From contig JBFJCP010000006.1 in assembly GCA_041615815.1 (NCBI GenBank), forward strand, positions 64,001-128,000: DNA of 64,000 nucleotides, written 5' to 3'. The notes under the pieces were generated by a model, which ran no database searches, was not told where the DNA came from, and saw only the letters and a program-made list of their open reading frames with translations. The stretch comes from Gemmatimonadales bacterium (GTDB taxonomy: Bacteria > Gemmatimonadota > Gemmatimonadetes > Gemmatimonadales > GWC2-71-9). Shown one piece after another: positions 9,648-20,304 of the stretch. Position 1 is the first letter of the stretch. Every line of letters starts with the position of its first letter. Both the position numbers and the translations under genes were made by a program.

Positions 9648-9910
9648 GGGAACTCTCGCGTCAGAGAGAGCTTGGCCACCGCCGAAGGGCGTCCTCGTCT
9701 GTAGCGGATCACAGGCTCACGGGCGGGCGTCATTCGGAATCGTCCCCATCGGTGGCGCGGCTCACCTGCATGGTGTGGGGCGCCTGGGGCTCTCGACAAT
9801 ACCGCACCAAGTCACTCGATGCTGCCCTTGCCATCGTGCCTCCCCCGCCGGTGCGCTGGGGGAAAGGTGTCGGATCATGAACGGCGCCGCCAGCGATCGG
9901 TACTGTCCTG

Positions 9911-10906
9911 CTATTGTCCCGGCCCCACAGTCACGACTGCTGCGCCCCGGACCCTCCCAGCTCGCAGGTCTTCGAGCGCCTCGTTGGCATCGGACAGCCC
10001 GTACGTCTGAACTTCGGTACGGATCCCGACCCGCGGGGCCACTCGGAGAAACTCCTCCCCGTCCTTGCGGGTGAGGTTGGCGACAGACCGGATCACTCGC
10101 TCCCCCCACAGGATACGGTACGGGAACCGGGGAATGTCACTCATATGGATCCCGGCGCACACGACGGTGCCGCCGCGGACCACGTGACCGAGGGCCGTGG
10201 GAACGAGGGAGCCAACGGGAGCGAAGATGATGCCGGCATCCAATGCCTCGGGAGGGTCTCGATCCGATCCACCTGCCCACTCGGCTCCGAGCGCGCGCGC
10301 AAAGTCCTGACCAGCCCGGTCTCCAGGCCGGGTAAACGCGAAAACACGCCGTGCCTGGTGGTGCGCTACCTGTGCCACGATGTGGGCGGCAGCTCCGAAG
10401 CCATAGATGCCCAGCCGATTGGCATTCCCCGCCGCAGTGAGGGAGCGATACCCAATCAAACCCGCACAGAGAAGCGGCGCGGCCTGGATGTCTGAATATT
10501 CAGGAGGGATCGGGAAGCAGAACCGCGCGTCCGCGACCGTGTACTCGGCGTATCCCCCATTGATGTGGTAGCCCGTGAAGCGGGCCTGTGCGCAGAGGTT
10601 CTCACGACCCGCGCGGCAGTATTCGCATGTGCCGCATGTCCACCCCAGCCAGGGAACCCCAACACGGTCCCCGGGGGCAAGGGTGTCGACCCCGAGTCCG
10701 GCGGCGACCACGACGCCCACGATCTCATGGCCGAGCACAAGTGGGAGCTTCGGATCCTCGAGGTCGCCGTCGGCTACATGGAGATCGGTGCGGCACACGC
10801 CACAGGCGGTGATCCGGAGGAGGACCTCTCCTGGCCGCGGCTCAGGCGTGGGGAGCTCGCCGGATCGGAGGGGTTGCTTGGCCCGATCCAGGATCATGGC
10901 TTGCAT
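9911..10906 (-). CDS. Zinc-dependent alcohol dehydrogenase (AdhP-like)
   Basis: CGVCRTDLH, GHE, CGTCEYC..C structural zinc site, GIYGFG. Confidence 0.92.
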   Translation of the reverse strand: MQAMILDRAKQPLRSGELPTPEPRPGEVLLRITACGVCRTDLHVADGDLEDPKLPLVLGHEIVGVVVAAGLGVDTLAPGDRVGVPWLGWTCGTCEYCRAGRENLCAQARFTGYHINGGYAEYTVADARFCFPIPPEYSDIQAAPLLCAGLIGYRSLTAAGNANRLGIYGFGAAAHIVAQVAHHQARRVFAFTRPGDRAGQDFARALGAEWAGGSDRDPPEALDAGIIFAPVGSLVPTALGHVVRGGTVVCAGIHMSDIPRFPYRILWGERVIRSVANLTRKDGEEFLRVAPRVGIRTEVQTYGLSDANEALEDLRAGRVRGAAVVTVGPGQ

Positions 10907-10989
10907 TGCTTTTTCCCCCTTGCCGGGTTGACCTCGCGCAGTGTCCCGGGCGCTGGTAGCGCGTCTACCGAGAGGTTAGTGTACGTCCG

Positions 10990-11694
10990 ATGCGCGCGTT
11001 CGTTGGTACCAGCGGTTATTCGTACAAGGAGTGGAAAGGGAGTTTCTATCCCGAGAAACTCGCGGCGTCGGAGATGTTGAAATTCTACGCCGAGCGGCTG
11101 AATACCGTCGAGATCAACAACACGTTCTATCGGATGCCCACCGAAAAAGTCCTTCGCCAGTGGGGTGAGCAGGTTCCTGACGGATTCACCTTTGTGCTCA
11201 AGGCGTCGCGTCGCATTACCCATCTGAAGCGCCTCCAAGATGTCTCCGACGAAACGACATACCTGCTCCACACGGCTTCGGTGCTCGGAACGAAACTCGG
11301 TGCGATCCTGTTCCAATTGCCGCCCAGCATGAAGAAGGACCTGGCGCGGCTGCGGGTGTTTCTCGATCTGATACCGGAGGGATGGCAGACCGCGATAGAG
11401 TTTCGGCATGCGTCGTGGTTCGAAGAAGACGTCTATGATGTTCTCCGAATGCGAAATGCGGCATTAGTGATTGCCGAAACTGAAGAGACGGCTGTCCCAT
11501 TCGTGTCCACGGCGGATTGGGGGTATCTCCGACTCCGCCGTGAGGACTACGACGGATCCGATCTCCAGCACTGGGCGGAGCGGGTCCGAGGCGAAGGATG
11601 GGACGCCGCGTATGTGTTCTTCAAGCATGAGGACGAAGCTCACGCGCCTCGTTTCGCGACCGAGTTCCGCGAGTTGCTGGCCGCCGGTGCCTAG
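10990..11694 (+). CDS. DUF72 family protein
   Basis: VGTSGYSY..W.G.FYP, VEINNTFY, F.F.LKA, LFQLPP, IEFRH.SW, YLRL. Confidence 0.88.
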   Translation: MRAFVGTSGYSYKEWKGSFYPEKLAASEMLKFYAERLNTVEINNTFYRMPTEKVLRQWGEQVPDGFTFVLKASRRITHLKRLQDVSDETTYLLHTASVLGTKLGAILFQLPPSMKKDLARLRVFLDLIPEGWQTAIEFRHASWFEEDVYDVLRMRNAALVIAETEETAVPFVSTADWGYLRLRREDYDGSDLQHWAERVRGEGWDAAYVFFKHEDEAHAPRFATEFRELLAAGA

Positions 11695-12095
11695 CGGTCC
11701 CGTTTGAAACGATCCAGCATGCGGCGCTCCCGTTTGGTCGGCCGTCCTTTCCCTTTGAATTCGAACGCTGGCTGCCCACGAAGCTCCCTGGCTCGATGCT
11801 CACGAGCCCGAAGGCTGGCCTCGGTTTCCGCGTAGAGTTGGGCGGCGTCGGTGGCGGAGCCACGATGTTCGGACAGCTGCTGAACGATGACCACCTGCTC
11901 GAACGCCCCCTTGCGAATTCGCACCTGGTCACCCACGTGAACGGCCTTGGACCGCTTCACTCGTTCCCCCTCCAAGTGAACCTTGCCGCCCTGGATGGCG
12001 GCAGCCGCGAGGGACCGGGTCTTGAAAAAGCGGGCGGCCCAGAGCCAGCGATCCAATCGGACGTGTTCGGGCTCGCGGGGCGTTTTCGGCGGCAC
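11691..12095 (-). CDS. hslR: Ribosome-associated heat shock protein Hsp15 (S4 domain)
   Basis: VRLDRWLWAARFFKTRSLA, A..LY.ET, GRPTKRERR. GTG 12095 preceded by AGGAG. Confidence 0.9.
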   Translation of the reverse strand: MPPKTPREPEHVRLDRWLWAARFFKTRSLAAAAIQGGKVHLEGERVKRSKAVHVGDQVRIRKGAFEQVVIVQQLSEHRGSATDAAQLYAETEASLRAREHRARELRGQPAFEFKGKGRPTKRERRMLDRFKRDR

Positions 12096-12114
12096 GGTGG
12101 CGCTCCTGATTCGA

Positions 12115-12849
12115 CTAGCGGACGGCGCGGGCGAGGGTGTCGTGATGGGAGTCGATGAGCGTGCGGAGATACGTGCCGATTCGGTCCGCTCCCTCGAAGC
12201 CAGCCATCCGGGCTGCCTCTTCTTCACGCTCGGGCGGAATCGCGCCGCTCGCCGCGAAATGTTGGATGTCTTCGTACACGCCAACGGTGAACATATCCCA
12301 GGCCGCCCCCGCCTCCCGCTCGAATATCAAGTTCTGGGGTCGGTCTAGCGCCGCGAGGTAGGTGTTTTCCATCTGCCGCTCGCGGCGGAGCTCTTCATAC
12401 TTGCCAGGCAGCGCGATGAACATCTCCACGTGATAGAAATCTCCCGATCGCAGGACCCGGTCGACCTCGACCACAGCGGGTCCCGTGACATACAGCTCTT
12501 CCTTCCATGCCACGACCGGGCGAAGGCGAGCGACGAATTCTGCTGACGAGCCCAATCGCTCGCCAGCGGCGCGTCTCCGCGACACCCGTGCCGGAGAGTA
12601 ATAGTCGGCAAACCCGGCACCCATTGGAAAGATGAGCATGAGATCCCATTGGTCGCCCTGGCGGTGACGCATCATGAACGGCGGGTGGTCCCCGGCAGCC
12701 TCATAGAACGATGAGCGTGCACGAAACGCGTCGATGAGTTCGATCAGGGCTCCGGGCGCCGCACGAACCAGCATGGTCCGGTACAGACCTGTGGTATCTT
12801 GTGGCGCTAGACTACCGAAGAGAAGGACCGAGAGCATCAAGGCTGTCAT
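12115..12849 (-). CDS. Secreted hypothetical protein with two NIPSNAP-like repeats
   Basis: Hydrophobic N-terminus. Repeats LYRTMLVRAAPG..WDLML and FYHVEMFIALPG..WDMFT. GGAG before ATG 12849. Confidence 0.6.
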   Translation of the reverse strand: MTALMLSVLLFGSLAPQDTTGLYRTMLVRAAPGALIELIDAFRARSSFYEAAGDHPPFMMRHRQGDQWDLMLIFPMGAGFADYYSPARVSRRRAAGERLGSSAEFVARLRPVVAWKEELYVTGPAVVEVDRVLRSGDFYHVEMFIALPGKYEELRRERQMENTYLAALDRPQNLIFEREAGAAWDMFTVGVYEDIQHFAASGAIPPEREEEAARMAGFEGADRIGTYLRTLIDSHHDTLARAVR

Positions 12850-12944
12850 GGCGACTCCGGGCAAATGGGTGACATCGGGCTCGAAACGTTGATACAGCTT
12901 GGTGCCGCCCGCAACCCATCGCTCAGCGGATATCTTTTGACCTC

Positions 12945-13814
12945 ATGGACGTCACACTCGTGACCTGTGCCGCGCTGCCAGGGCTCCACTCCGACGACCG
13001 CCACCTGCTTCGAGCCCTGAGGCAGGCAGGCCTACAAGCAGAACCGGTGGTGTGGGAAGATCCGTACGTCGACTGGGGGCAATCCCGGCTATCGTTGATT
13101 CGCTCATGCTGGGACTACTCCTTTCGTCGTACGGCCTTCGTTTCGTGGGCGGAGAGGGTGGACGCGGCGTCGACCCTCTGGAACTCGGCGAAGGTGGTTT
13201 CGTGGAACACCCACAAACGATATCTCTGCGATCTCGGTGACCGCGGCGTTCCGGTGGTGCCGACCCGCGTGCTCGAGGCCGGGCAGGCCGTCGACCTGAG
13301 GGTGTTGATGGGGGACAGCAACTGGAGTGACGTGGTCATCAAGGCTGCTGTCGCGCAGTCAGGTCGCTACGCCCGTCGCGTGAGAGCCGACGGGGTCGAG
13401 TCCGGCCAGGCGCATCTCGATCATCTTCTGCCGCACGAAGACATGCTGGTGCAGCCCTTTCTCGGCGCTGTGGAGGAACTTGGGGAGCTCTCGATCGTGT
13501 TCATAGACGGCGAGTTGACGCATGCCGTGCGCAAGCACCCGGCGGAAGGCGATTTTCGGGTGCACGATGACTACGGGGGCTCCGTGGTTCCGGTCTCGCC
13601 GAGCGACGCCGAGGCGGCGGCGGCGGTGGCGGCGGTGCGGGCCGTGGGCGAACGCCTGGTGTATGCGCGGGTCGATCTGGTACACGACGAGCAGCAGCCC
13701 GTTGTGATGGAGCTGGAGGTGGTGGAGCCCGAGCTCTTCTTTCGTCACGCTCCGGAGGCCGTGGACCGGTTGGTGACGGCCATCGAGGCTCAGGTGGGTG
13801 GGGTCATCACATGA
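12945..13814 (+). CDS. ATP-grasp ligase (RimK/glutathione-synthetase-like, DcsG-type)
   Basis: RSCWDY, WNTHK.YL, VVIK, LVQPFL, GELS, DFRV, YARVD, MELEVVEPELF. Confidence 0.8.
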   Translation: MDVTLVTCAALPGLHSDDRHLLRALRQAGLQAEPVVWEDPYVDWGQSRLSLIRSCWDYSFRRTAFVSWAERVDAASTLWNSAKVVSWNTHKRYLCDLGDRGVPVVPTRVLEAGQAVDLRVLMGDSNWSDVVIKAAVAQSGRYARRVRADGVESGQAHLDHLLPHEDMLVQPFLGAVEELGELSIVFIDGELTHAVRKHPAEGDFRVHDDYGGSVVPVSPSDAEAAAAVAAVRAVGERLVYARVDLVHDEQQPVVMELEVVEPELFFRHAPEAVDRLVTAIEAQVGGVIT

Positions 13815-14521
13815 GCGCGCATCCCTGGACGCCGCACGCGCTCGCCATGAAAGCGTACCATCGGGGAGACCGGGAAGCGACGATTGTCGTCCACGACGAC
13901 TTCGCTGGCCGGGAGGAGCATCCGGTCGCGTACTTCTTCCGCGAGCCCGCCGCCTTTGCGGAATGGGAACGGATCGCGCTGGATGCCTGTCGAGGGTGGG
14001 TACTGGACGTTGGTGCCGGTTCGGGTTGTCACACCCTCGCACTCCTGGAACGTGGACTGCGGGTGACTGCACTCGAGATCGTACCGGAGTTGGTCGCGAT
14101 CATGCGGGAGCGAGGCGTCCCGGACGTTCGGGTAGGGAGTGTGTTCGATTTCGTTGACGGTCCCTTCGATACGGTACTCCTGATGATGAATGGGTTCGGC
14201 CTCGCCGAATCATTGTCGGGATTGACCCACCTTCTCGAGCGGTTCCACGCGCTCGTCGCACCCAACGGTCAGGTCGTCGCGGATTCGTGTGACTTGCGGG
14301 ATCGCGTTCCTACGGGGCTCTCGACTCGTGCCGACGGCCGTTACATAGGAGAGATCGATTTTCAATTGGAGTTTCGTGGAACGAAGGGGGGTGTGTTCCA
14401 ACAGCTCTACGTGGACCCGGACACTCTCAGCGCGCATGCTTCGGCAACAGGATGGAGCAGCGAAATCCTTTGTTATAGCGAGGGTGGTGGGTATCTGGCA
14501 CGGCTGCGATCCGCTTCCTGA
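13811..14521 (+). CDS. Class I SAM-dependent methyltransferase
   Basis: VLDVGAGSG, FDTVLLMMNG.G, LYVD. ATGA overlap with the ATP-grasp gene. Confidence 0.85.
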   Translation: MSAHPWTPHALAMKAYHRGDREATIVVHDDFAGREEHPVAYFFREPAAFAEWERIALDACRGWVLDVGAGSGCHTLALLERGLRVTALEIVPELVAIMRERGVPDVRVGSVFDFVDGPFDTVLLMMNGFGLAESLSGLTHLLERFHALVAPNGQVVADSCDLRDRVPTGLSTRADGRYIGEIDFQLEFRGTKGGVFQQLYVDPDTLSAHASATGWSSEILCYSEGGGYLARLRSAS

Positions 14522-14559
14522 GCGTGGGTCGCGTGACCGCTGTCGGAGTTCTGTTCACC

Positions 14560-14589
14560 TTGCCCCTTCTGCGATTGGCCGTGTATGAT
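14560..14589 (+). promoter_or_regulatory. Candidate sigma-70 promoter of sdhCAB
   Basis: TTGCCC-N18-TATGAT ending 32 nt before the sdhC ATG. Confidence 0.45.
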
Positions 14590-14621
14590 CCGGCCGTTCC
14601 CGCATCCCTGGTAGAGGCGAA

Positions 14622-15302
14622 ATGCGCCGCGCGCTGACCCTGTATCGCTCATCGGTTGGGAAGAAGGTGGCGATGGCGGTAACCGGCATCGTGCTGTTCC
14701 TCTTCGTGGTGGGCCACATGCTGGGCAACCTCAAGATTTTCCAAGGTCCCGAGAAATTCAACGCTTATGCCGAATTCCTTCGGGAAATCGGTGACCCCAT
14801 TCTTGGTCACGGCCAGTTTCTCTGGATTGCGCGCCTTGGTTTGTTGCTTGCTGTTGGAATACATATCGTTGCTGCGGTGCAACTCACGCGAATGAGCCGC
14901 GCCGCGCGACCTGTGAAGTACAAACGCGCGCTCGAGCCGGACGCGTCGACGTACGCGTCTCGTACAATGCGGTGGGGCGGTGCGATCATCGCCGCCTTCG
15001 TCATTTACCACCTGTTGCACTTCACATTTGGGACCGTGCATCCCGACTTCGTGGCGGGTTCGGTATATCACAACGTCATCGTGGGGTTCCAAGATTGGAT
15101 CGTCGCAGGCTCCTACATGGTGGCCGTCGGTGTACTCGGGATGCATCTGTATCATGGGGTGTGGAGTGTGTTCCAAACGCTTGGTGCCAATAATCCTCGG
15201 TACAATCGACTTCGTCGACCGGCGGCCACGGCAGCTGCGCTTATCATTTTTTTCGGGTTTGTCGCGGTTCCGCTGTCTGTGCTCGCGGGTCTCGTGCAAT
15301 AG
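14622..15302 (+). CDS. sdhC: Succinate dehydrogenase/fumarate reductase cytochrome b subunit (b558 family)
   Basis: SSVGKK..MAVTG, HMLGNL, HI, ASRTM, HLLHF, HLYHG.WS.FQTLG. Five TM segments; first gene of the sdh operon. Confidence 0.92.
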   Translation: MRRALTLYRSSVGKKVAMAVTGIVLFLFVVGHMLGNLKIFQGPEKFNAYAEFLREIGDPILGHGQFLWIARLGLLLAVGIHIVAAVQLTRMSRAARPVKYKRALEPDASTYASRTMRWGGAIIAAFVIYHLLHFTFGTVHPDFVAGSVYHNVIVGFQDWIVAGSYMVAVGVLGMHLYHGVWSVFQTLGANNPRYNRLRRPAATAAALIIFFGFVAVPLSVLAGLVQ

Positions 15303-15320
15303 TCCATGAGAGAGTCCGAC

Positions 15321-17234
15321 ATGGATCTCCACGCGCAGGTTCCTAGCGGGCCGATCGAGAAGAAGTGGGACCAGCATCGGCAGGATCTCAAGCTCGTGAA
15401 CCCCGCAAACAAGCGGAAGTTCGACATCATCGTGGTCGGGACCGGACTGGCCGGGGCGTCAGCCGCCGCGACGCTTGCTGAGCTCGGCTACAAGGTCAAG
15501 GCATTCTGCTTTCACGACAGCCCCCGCCGTGCCCATAGCATCGCCGCACAGGGAGGGATCAACGCCGCCAAGAATTATCAGAATGATGGCGATAGCGTTT
15601 GGCGGTTGTTCTACGATACGGTGAAAGGGGGAGACTTTCGATCACGCGAAGCGAATGTTTACCGGCTCGCGCAAATCAGCCTCAACATCATCGATCAGTG
15701 CGTAGCGCAAGGCGTCCCGTTTGCCCGGGAGTACGGTGGTCTCCTTGCCAATCGGTCCTTTGGTGGCGCCCAAGTCTCCCGAACGTTCTACGCTCGCGGG
15801 CAAACAGGACAGCAGCTGCTGTTGGGCGCGTATCAAGCACTCGAACGGCAAATCGCTGCCGGCAACGTTGAGATGTTTCCGCGCACCGAAATGCTCGACA
15901 TCGTCGTCGTGGAGGGCAAAGCGCGCGGTATCGTAGTGCGCGATTTGGTGAGCGGCGCGATTAGCTCGCACGCCGGCGACGCCGTGGTCCTGGGTACCGG
16001 CGGTTATAGCAACGTGTATTTCCTTTCGACCAACGCGAAAGGATGCAACGTCACGGCCACTTGGCGCGCTCACAAGCGGGGAGCGGCATTTGCAAATCCC
16101 TGCTTCACACAGATTCACCCCACCTGTATTCCGCCAAGCGGTGAATATCAGTCCAAACTCACATTGATGAGCGAGTCGTTACGAAACGATGGGCGGATCT
16201 GGGTGCCAACCAGGAAAGGCGACGCACGGCCTGCCAATCAGATTCCGGAAGGTGACCGCGACTACTACTTGGAACGGCTCTACCCGAGCTTTGGCAATCT
16301 CACGCCTCGGGACATAGCCTCTCGAAGAGCCAAGGATGCCTGTGATGAGGGCCGGGGAGTTGGTGAGACTGGCGTCGGCGTCTATCTGGATTTCCGAGAC
16401 GCCATCGAGCGACTTGGCCGTGGCGTTATCGAAGATCGCTATGGCAACCTCTTCGACATTTACCAACAGATCACCGGCGAAGATCCCTATCACGTACCGA
16501 TGCGGATCTATCCCGCGCCTCATTACACGATGGGGGGATTGTGGGTGGATTACAATTTGATGAGCACCATTCCCGGGCTCTACGTGATCGGCGAGGCGAA
16601 CTTCTCGGATCACGGTGCCAACCGTCTGGGCGCCAGTGCGCTCATGCAGGGTCTCGCCGATGGATACTTCGTGCTTCCGTACACCATTGGTGATTATCTG
16701 GCCCAGACCGACCTCGCGAAGCTGGACGAAAAGCACGCGCAATTCCGGACGGTGGAAGGTGAAGTTTCGAGCCGTGTCAGCAAACTGTTGTCTGTCAACG
16801 GATCCCGATCGGTGGATTCGTTCCACAAGGAGTTGGGACGACTCATGTGGGATCGCTGCGGAATGTCTCGCACTCGCGCAGGGCTCGAGAGCGCCATCGA
16901 GCGCATTGGCGGGTTACGCGACGAGTTTTGGAGCGATGTCAGAATCACCGGGTCGGCCGGAGACCTGAATCAGACCTTGGAGAAAGCCGGGCGCGTGGCC
17001 GATTTCCTCGAGTTCGCCGAACTCATGTGTCACGATGCCCTGGACCGAGAGGAGTCGTGCGGAGCCCATTTTCGTGAGGAATACCAAACGCCGGAGGGGG
17101 AGGCAAGACGCAACGACGAGCAGTACGCGTATGTCGCAACCTGGGAGTTCGCCGGGGTGGGGTGCCGACCCCGTCTCCTGAAAGAGCCACTGACCTTCGA
17201 ATACGTGGCTCTTGCCCAGCGGAGCTACAAGTAA
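15321..17234 (+). CDS. sdhA: Succinate dehydrogenase/fumarate reductase flavoprotein
   Basis: [18 protein letters not shown] (FAD-binding His), [31 protein letters not shown] 15306 is an alternative start. Confidence 0.96.
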   Translation: MDLHAQVPSGPIEKKWDQHRQDLKLVNPANKRKFDIIVVGTGLAGASAAATLAELGYKVKAFCFHDSPRRAHSIAAQGGINAAKNYQNDGDSVWRLFYDTVKGGDFRSREANVYRLAQISLNIIDQCVAQGVPFAREYGGLLANRSFGGAQVSRTFYARGQTGQQLLLGAYQALERQIAAGNVEMFPRTEMLDIVVVEGKARGIVVRDLVSGAISSHAGDAVVLGTGGYSNVYFLSTNAKGCNVTATWRAHKRGAAFANPCFTQIHPTCIPPSGEYQSKLTLMSESLRNDGRIWVPTRKGDARPANQIPEGDRDYYLERLYPSFGNLTPRDIASRRAKDACDEGRGVGETGVGVYLDFRDAIERLGRGVIEDRYGNLFDIYQQITGEDPYHVPMRIYPAPHYTMGGLWVDYNLMSTIPGLYVIGEANFSDHGANRLGASALMQGLADGYFVLPYTIGDYLAQTDLAKLDEKHAQFRTVEGEVSSRVSKLLSVNGSRSVDSFHKELGRLMWDRCGMSRTRAGLESAIERIGGLRDEFWSDVRITGSAGDLNQTLEKAGRVADFLEFAELMCHDALDREESCGAHFREEYQTPEGEARRNDEQYAYVATWEFAGVGCRPRLLKEPLTFEYVALAQRSYK

Positions 17235-17989
17235 TGAATCTCGTCTTGCATGTGTGGCGACAATCGCGGCCGGGGGATCGCGGCCGGTTCGAACGCCATG
17301 AAGCCAACGATGTCAGCCCCAACATGTCTTTCCTGGAGTTGCTGGACGTCATCAACGAGCGTCTCGTGGCGAGCGGCGAAGAGCCGATTGCGTTCGAGCA
17401 CGACTGTCGAGAAGGTATCTGCGGTTCCTGCGGCATAGTCATCAACGGCTCTGCCCACGGACCGCTGCAAGGCGTGACCGCCTGTCAGCTTCACTTGCGT
17501 TCGTTCCGTGACGGAAACCAGATATGGGTGGAGCCGTGGCGCGCCAGGGCCTTTCCAGTATTGAAGGACCTGGTAGTGGATCGGAGTGCGCTGGACCGGA
17601 TTATCCAGGCGGGTGGCTTCATCTCCGTACGCACGGGGAGCGCACCAGACGCGAACGCCATCCCCATCCCCAAACCGAATGCGGATTTGGCCTTCGACGC
17701 CGCGACTTGCATTGGCTGCGGTGCGTGCGTCGCGGCATGCCCCAACGCCTCGGCCATGCTCTTCACGGCGGCCAAGGTGAGCCACTTGGCCCTGCTTCCC
17801 CAGGGCCAGCCCGAGCGCTTGCACCGCGTGGCCTCCATGGTGGCCCAGATGGACACGGAAGGGTTCGGGAACTGCACCAACCACGGTGAGTGCCAAGTCG
17901 CCTGTCCGAAAGAAATCAGTGTCGACCACATTGCGTGGCTGAATCGAGATTTGGTCCGGGCGTTGGCCCTCGGGCCGGTGGCCGAGTAG
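17234..17989 (+). CDS. sdhB: Succinate dehydrogenase/fumarate reductase iron-sulfur subunit
   Basis: [38 protein letters not shown] overlap with sdhA. Confidence 0.95.
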   Translation: MNLVLHVWRQSRPGDRGRFERHEANDVSPNMSFLELLDVINERLVASGEEPIAFEHDCREGICGSCGIVINGSAHGPLQGVTACQLHLRSFRDGNQIWVEPWRARAFPVLKDLVVDRSALDRIIQAGGFISVRTGSAPDANAIPIPKPNADLAFDAATCIGCGACVAACPNASAMLFTAAKVSHLALLPQGQPERLHRVASMVAQMDTEGFGNCTNHGECQVACPKEISVDHIAWLNRDLVRALALGPVAE

Positions 17990-18100
17990 CCTTCCAGCAC
18001 CCCTACAACATTCTCACGTCTTCCCGTATCTAATTCCCCAAAGCACATAGAGCCGACGGGAGCAGCGAAGGGAGTGCGGGACCTGACGGATCGAGTGGAG

Positions 18101-18628
18101 ATGACTTCGGCAGACGCCGACGCCGTGGATGTGGAGTTCGCGATCAGCGGTGACTCCCGAGCCTTCGAGCGGCTCTACCGACGGCACGTGCCGCGGATCA
18201 ACAGCCTCGCGCGCTGGCTCCTGGGAGACGACGACGTGGAGGACGTGGTGCAGGACGTCTTCGTCCGTGCCTGGCAAAAACTCGGCACGTTCCGTGGAGA
18301 GTCGGCGTGGGGGACCTGGCTCCATCGGCTGGCCACGAACGTCATCCTGAGGCGTCGAGCCAAGCGCCGGACTCGCGCGGATCGGTTCTCGGGATCGCTT
18401 GCGGATCTCGCCCGGTCGTCGGCAACCACCAGCTCACCGGGGCTCCGCGTCGACTTGGAAGCGGCCGTCGACGGCCTGCCTGAGCGGGCGCGCCAAGTAT
18501 TTGTGCTGCACGACATGGAAGGCTTCAAGCACCAGGAGATCGCGGACGCGCTTGGGATCTCGATCGGGACGTCGCGCTCGCAGCTCCATCACGCCCGAAT
18601 GGCGCTTCGCAAGCACCTCGAGGGCTGA
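18101..18628 (+). CDS. ECF sigma-70 factor
   Basis: AFERLYRRH, EDVVQDVFVRAW, TWLHRLATN, EGFKHQEIA..GTSRSQLHHAR. GGAG just upstream; GTG 18074 is an alternative start. Confidence 0.9.
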   Translation: MTSADADAVDVEFAISGDSRAFERLYRRHVPRINSLARWLLGDDDVEDVVQDVFVRAWQKLGTFRGESAWGTWLHRLATNVILRRRAKRRTRADRFSGSLADLARSSATTSSPGLRVDLEAAVDGLPERARQVFVLHDMEGFKHQEIADALGISIGTSRSQLHHARMALRKHLEG

Positions 18629-18645
18629 AGAAAGAGGGAATACCA

Positions 18646-19332
18646 ATGTCGGATCATTGGGCGACCAAACTATCTGCCTATCTCGATGACGAGCTAGCGC
18701 CTGAGGACGCGGCGGCGCTGGAGGCTCACCTCACGCGCTGCGAGGAATGTGTGACAGCGCTCGGGGAGTTACGGGCAGTGATGGCGTGGGCCGACTCCTA
18801 TCCCGGACGAGCCCCGGCGACGGACGTATGGCCGCGGATAAGCGCTCGGCTTCACCACACGCGTGGTGGGCCCGTGGATCTTCTCAACGAGCGCAGCGGC
18901 AGACCTCCTTGGCTCATTGGAGCACTGCCGAAGGCTCTGGCGGCCGGCATCGCGCTGATGGCGGTGGCCGGGGGCAGCTGGCTGCTTGGCCGCGCCAGTG
19001 CACCTGCGGTTCCCGCGCTGGCGGTGATTCCCGTGGCCGAGATGCGGGGAGTACCGTCGACTGACGTGACGATGTTACAGGCCGAGAAATATGCCGCGGC
19101 CATTGCGGAGCTCGAGATGGCCTTGAGTGCTCGGACGGCCGGGCTCGATTCCGGTACTGTCCGAATTCTCAACGAGAAACTGCATGTGATCGATCGCGCC
19201 ATTGCGGACGCGCGGAGGGCGCTGGCGTCGGATCCGAACAGCGCGTATTTGGCGCAGCACTTCACGAGGATGATGCGACACAAGCTGATCCTGTTGCGGA
19301 ACGCACCCAGGTTCACGGTGACGCAGGGTTAG
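18646..19332 (+). CDS. Membrane-anchored anti-sigma factor with zf-HC2 zinc finger
   Basis: LSAYLDDEL, HLTRCEEC, one TM helix, helical C-terminus. Follows the ECF sigma gene. Confidence 0.85.
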   Translation: MSDHWATKLSAYLDDELAPEDAAALEAHLTRCEECVTALGELRAVMAWADSYPGRAPATDVWPRISARLHHTRGGPVDLLNERSGRPPWLIGALPKALAAGIALMAVAGGSWLLGRASAPAVPALAVIPVAEMRGVPSTDVTMLQAEKYAAAIAELEMALSARTAGLDSGTVRILNEKLHVIDRAIADARRALASDPNSAYLAQHFTRMMRHKLILLRNAPRFTVTQG

Positions 19333-19346
19333 GGGAGGATTGAACC

Positions 19347-20282
19347 ATGTTGATGACGATAGCCGGTGGCATTATGGCCGCGCTTACACTCGTTCAGCAG
19401 ACGGATACGACCTTTGCGGTGGACCCTGCCGCACGGATCAATGTGAGCAACTACGCAGGTGGAATCGTCGTGCGGACCTGGACTCGGAATGCCGTGCGTG
19501 TCCAGGCCAGCCACTCCAGGCGGGACCAGATCATCGTCGATCGGGCAGGAGCCGAGGTCCGGATCCGGTCCGCCAATTGGCGGCGCGACGCAGACCACTT
19601 CGACGTCCAGATCGATGGTCCCGATCGGGTCGGCGTACAGATCCGGTCTCCGCGACGGCCATCGATCATCGACTATGAGATCACGGTTCCCGCTAGCGCA
19701 CCTCTCGATCTCGGTGGCCCCTATACCGACGTGACCGCCGAGGGAGTCAACGGGGAAGTGAGCATCAAAGTGAATGAAGGGGACGTCTCTATCCGCGGCG
19801 GCTCGGGTAGAGTGACTGCTCAAACCGTCGAAGGTGACATCACGGTCCGGCGTGCCCAGGGGAACATCCGACTCGTATCGGTGGATGGCGATATCACCTT
19901 GGAGGACGCCAGCGGGGATATCCTGGCGGAGACCACCGACGGGGAGATCCGGATGGTGAATATCAACTCATCCAATGTCGAGGCCTTCTCCGTGGACGGC
20001 GACGTGTGGTTCTCTGGTACGATCCAAGCGCGGGGGCGATACAGCTTCAACACGCACGACGGAGATGTGACGGTCTACGTGCCTCGCGCCACGAGCGCGC
20101 GGATCACCGTCGCCACCTTTGACGGGGAATTCAGTACCGACTTTCCCTTCACGCTGGACACGCGGAGGGTCCGAGGACACCGGTTCACGTTTTCCGTGGG
20201 CTCGGGGGCCGCCGAAATCGACGTCGAAGCGTTCGACGGCGACATCGAACTGCGGTACCTAGAGCGAAGACCAGCCCGATAA
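19347..20282 (+). CDS. Secreted DUF4097-like beta-strand repeat protein
   Basis: Signal peptide. Repeated TVEGDI / SVDGDI / TTDGEI / THDGDV units. Confidence 0.8.
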   Translation: MLMTIAGGIMAALTLVQQTDTTFAVDPAARINVSNYAGGIVVRTWTRNAVRVQASHSRRDQIIVDRAGAEVRIRSANWRRDADHFDVQIDGPDRVGVQIRSPRRPSIIDYEITVPASAPLDLGGPYTDVTAEGVNGEVSIKVNEGDVSIRGGSGRVTAQTVEGDITVRRAQGNIRLVSVDGDITLEDASGDILAETTDGEIRMVNINSSNVEAFSVDGDVWFSGTIQARGRYSFNTHDGDVTVYVPRATSARITVATFDGEFSTDFPFTLDTRRVRGHRFTFSVGSGAAEIDVEAFDGDIELRYLERRPAR

Positions 20283-20304
20283 TCGTCAGGCCACTGCCGA
20301 CGGT

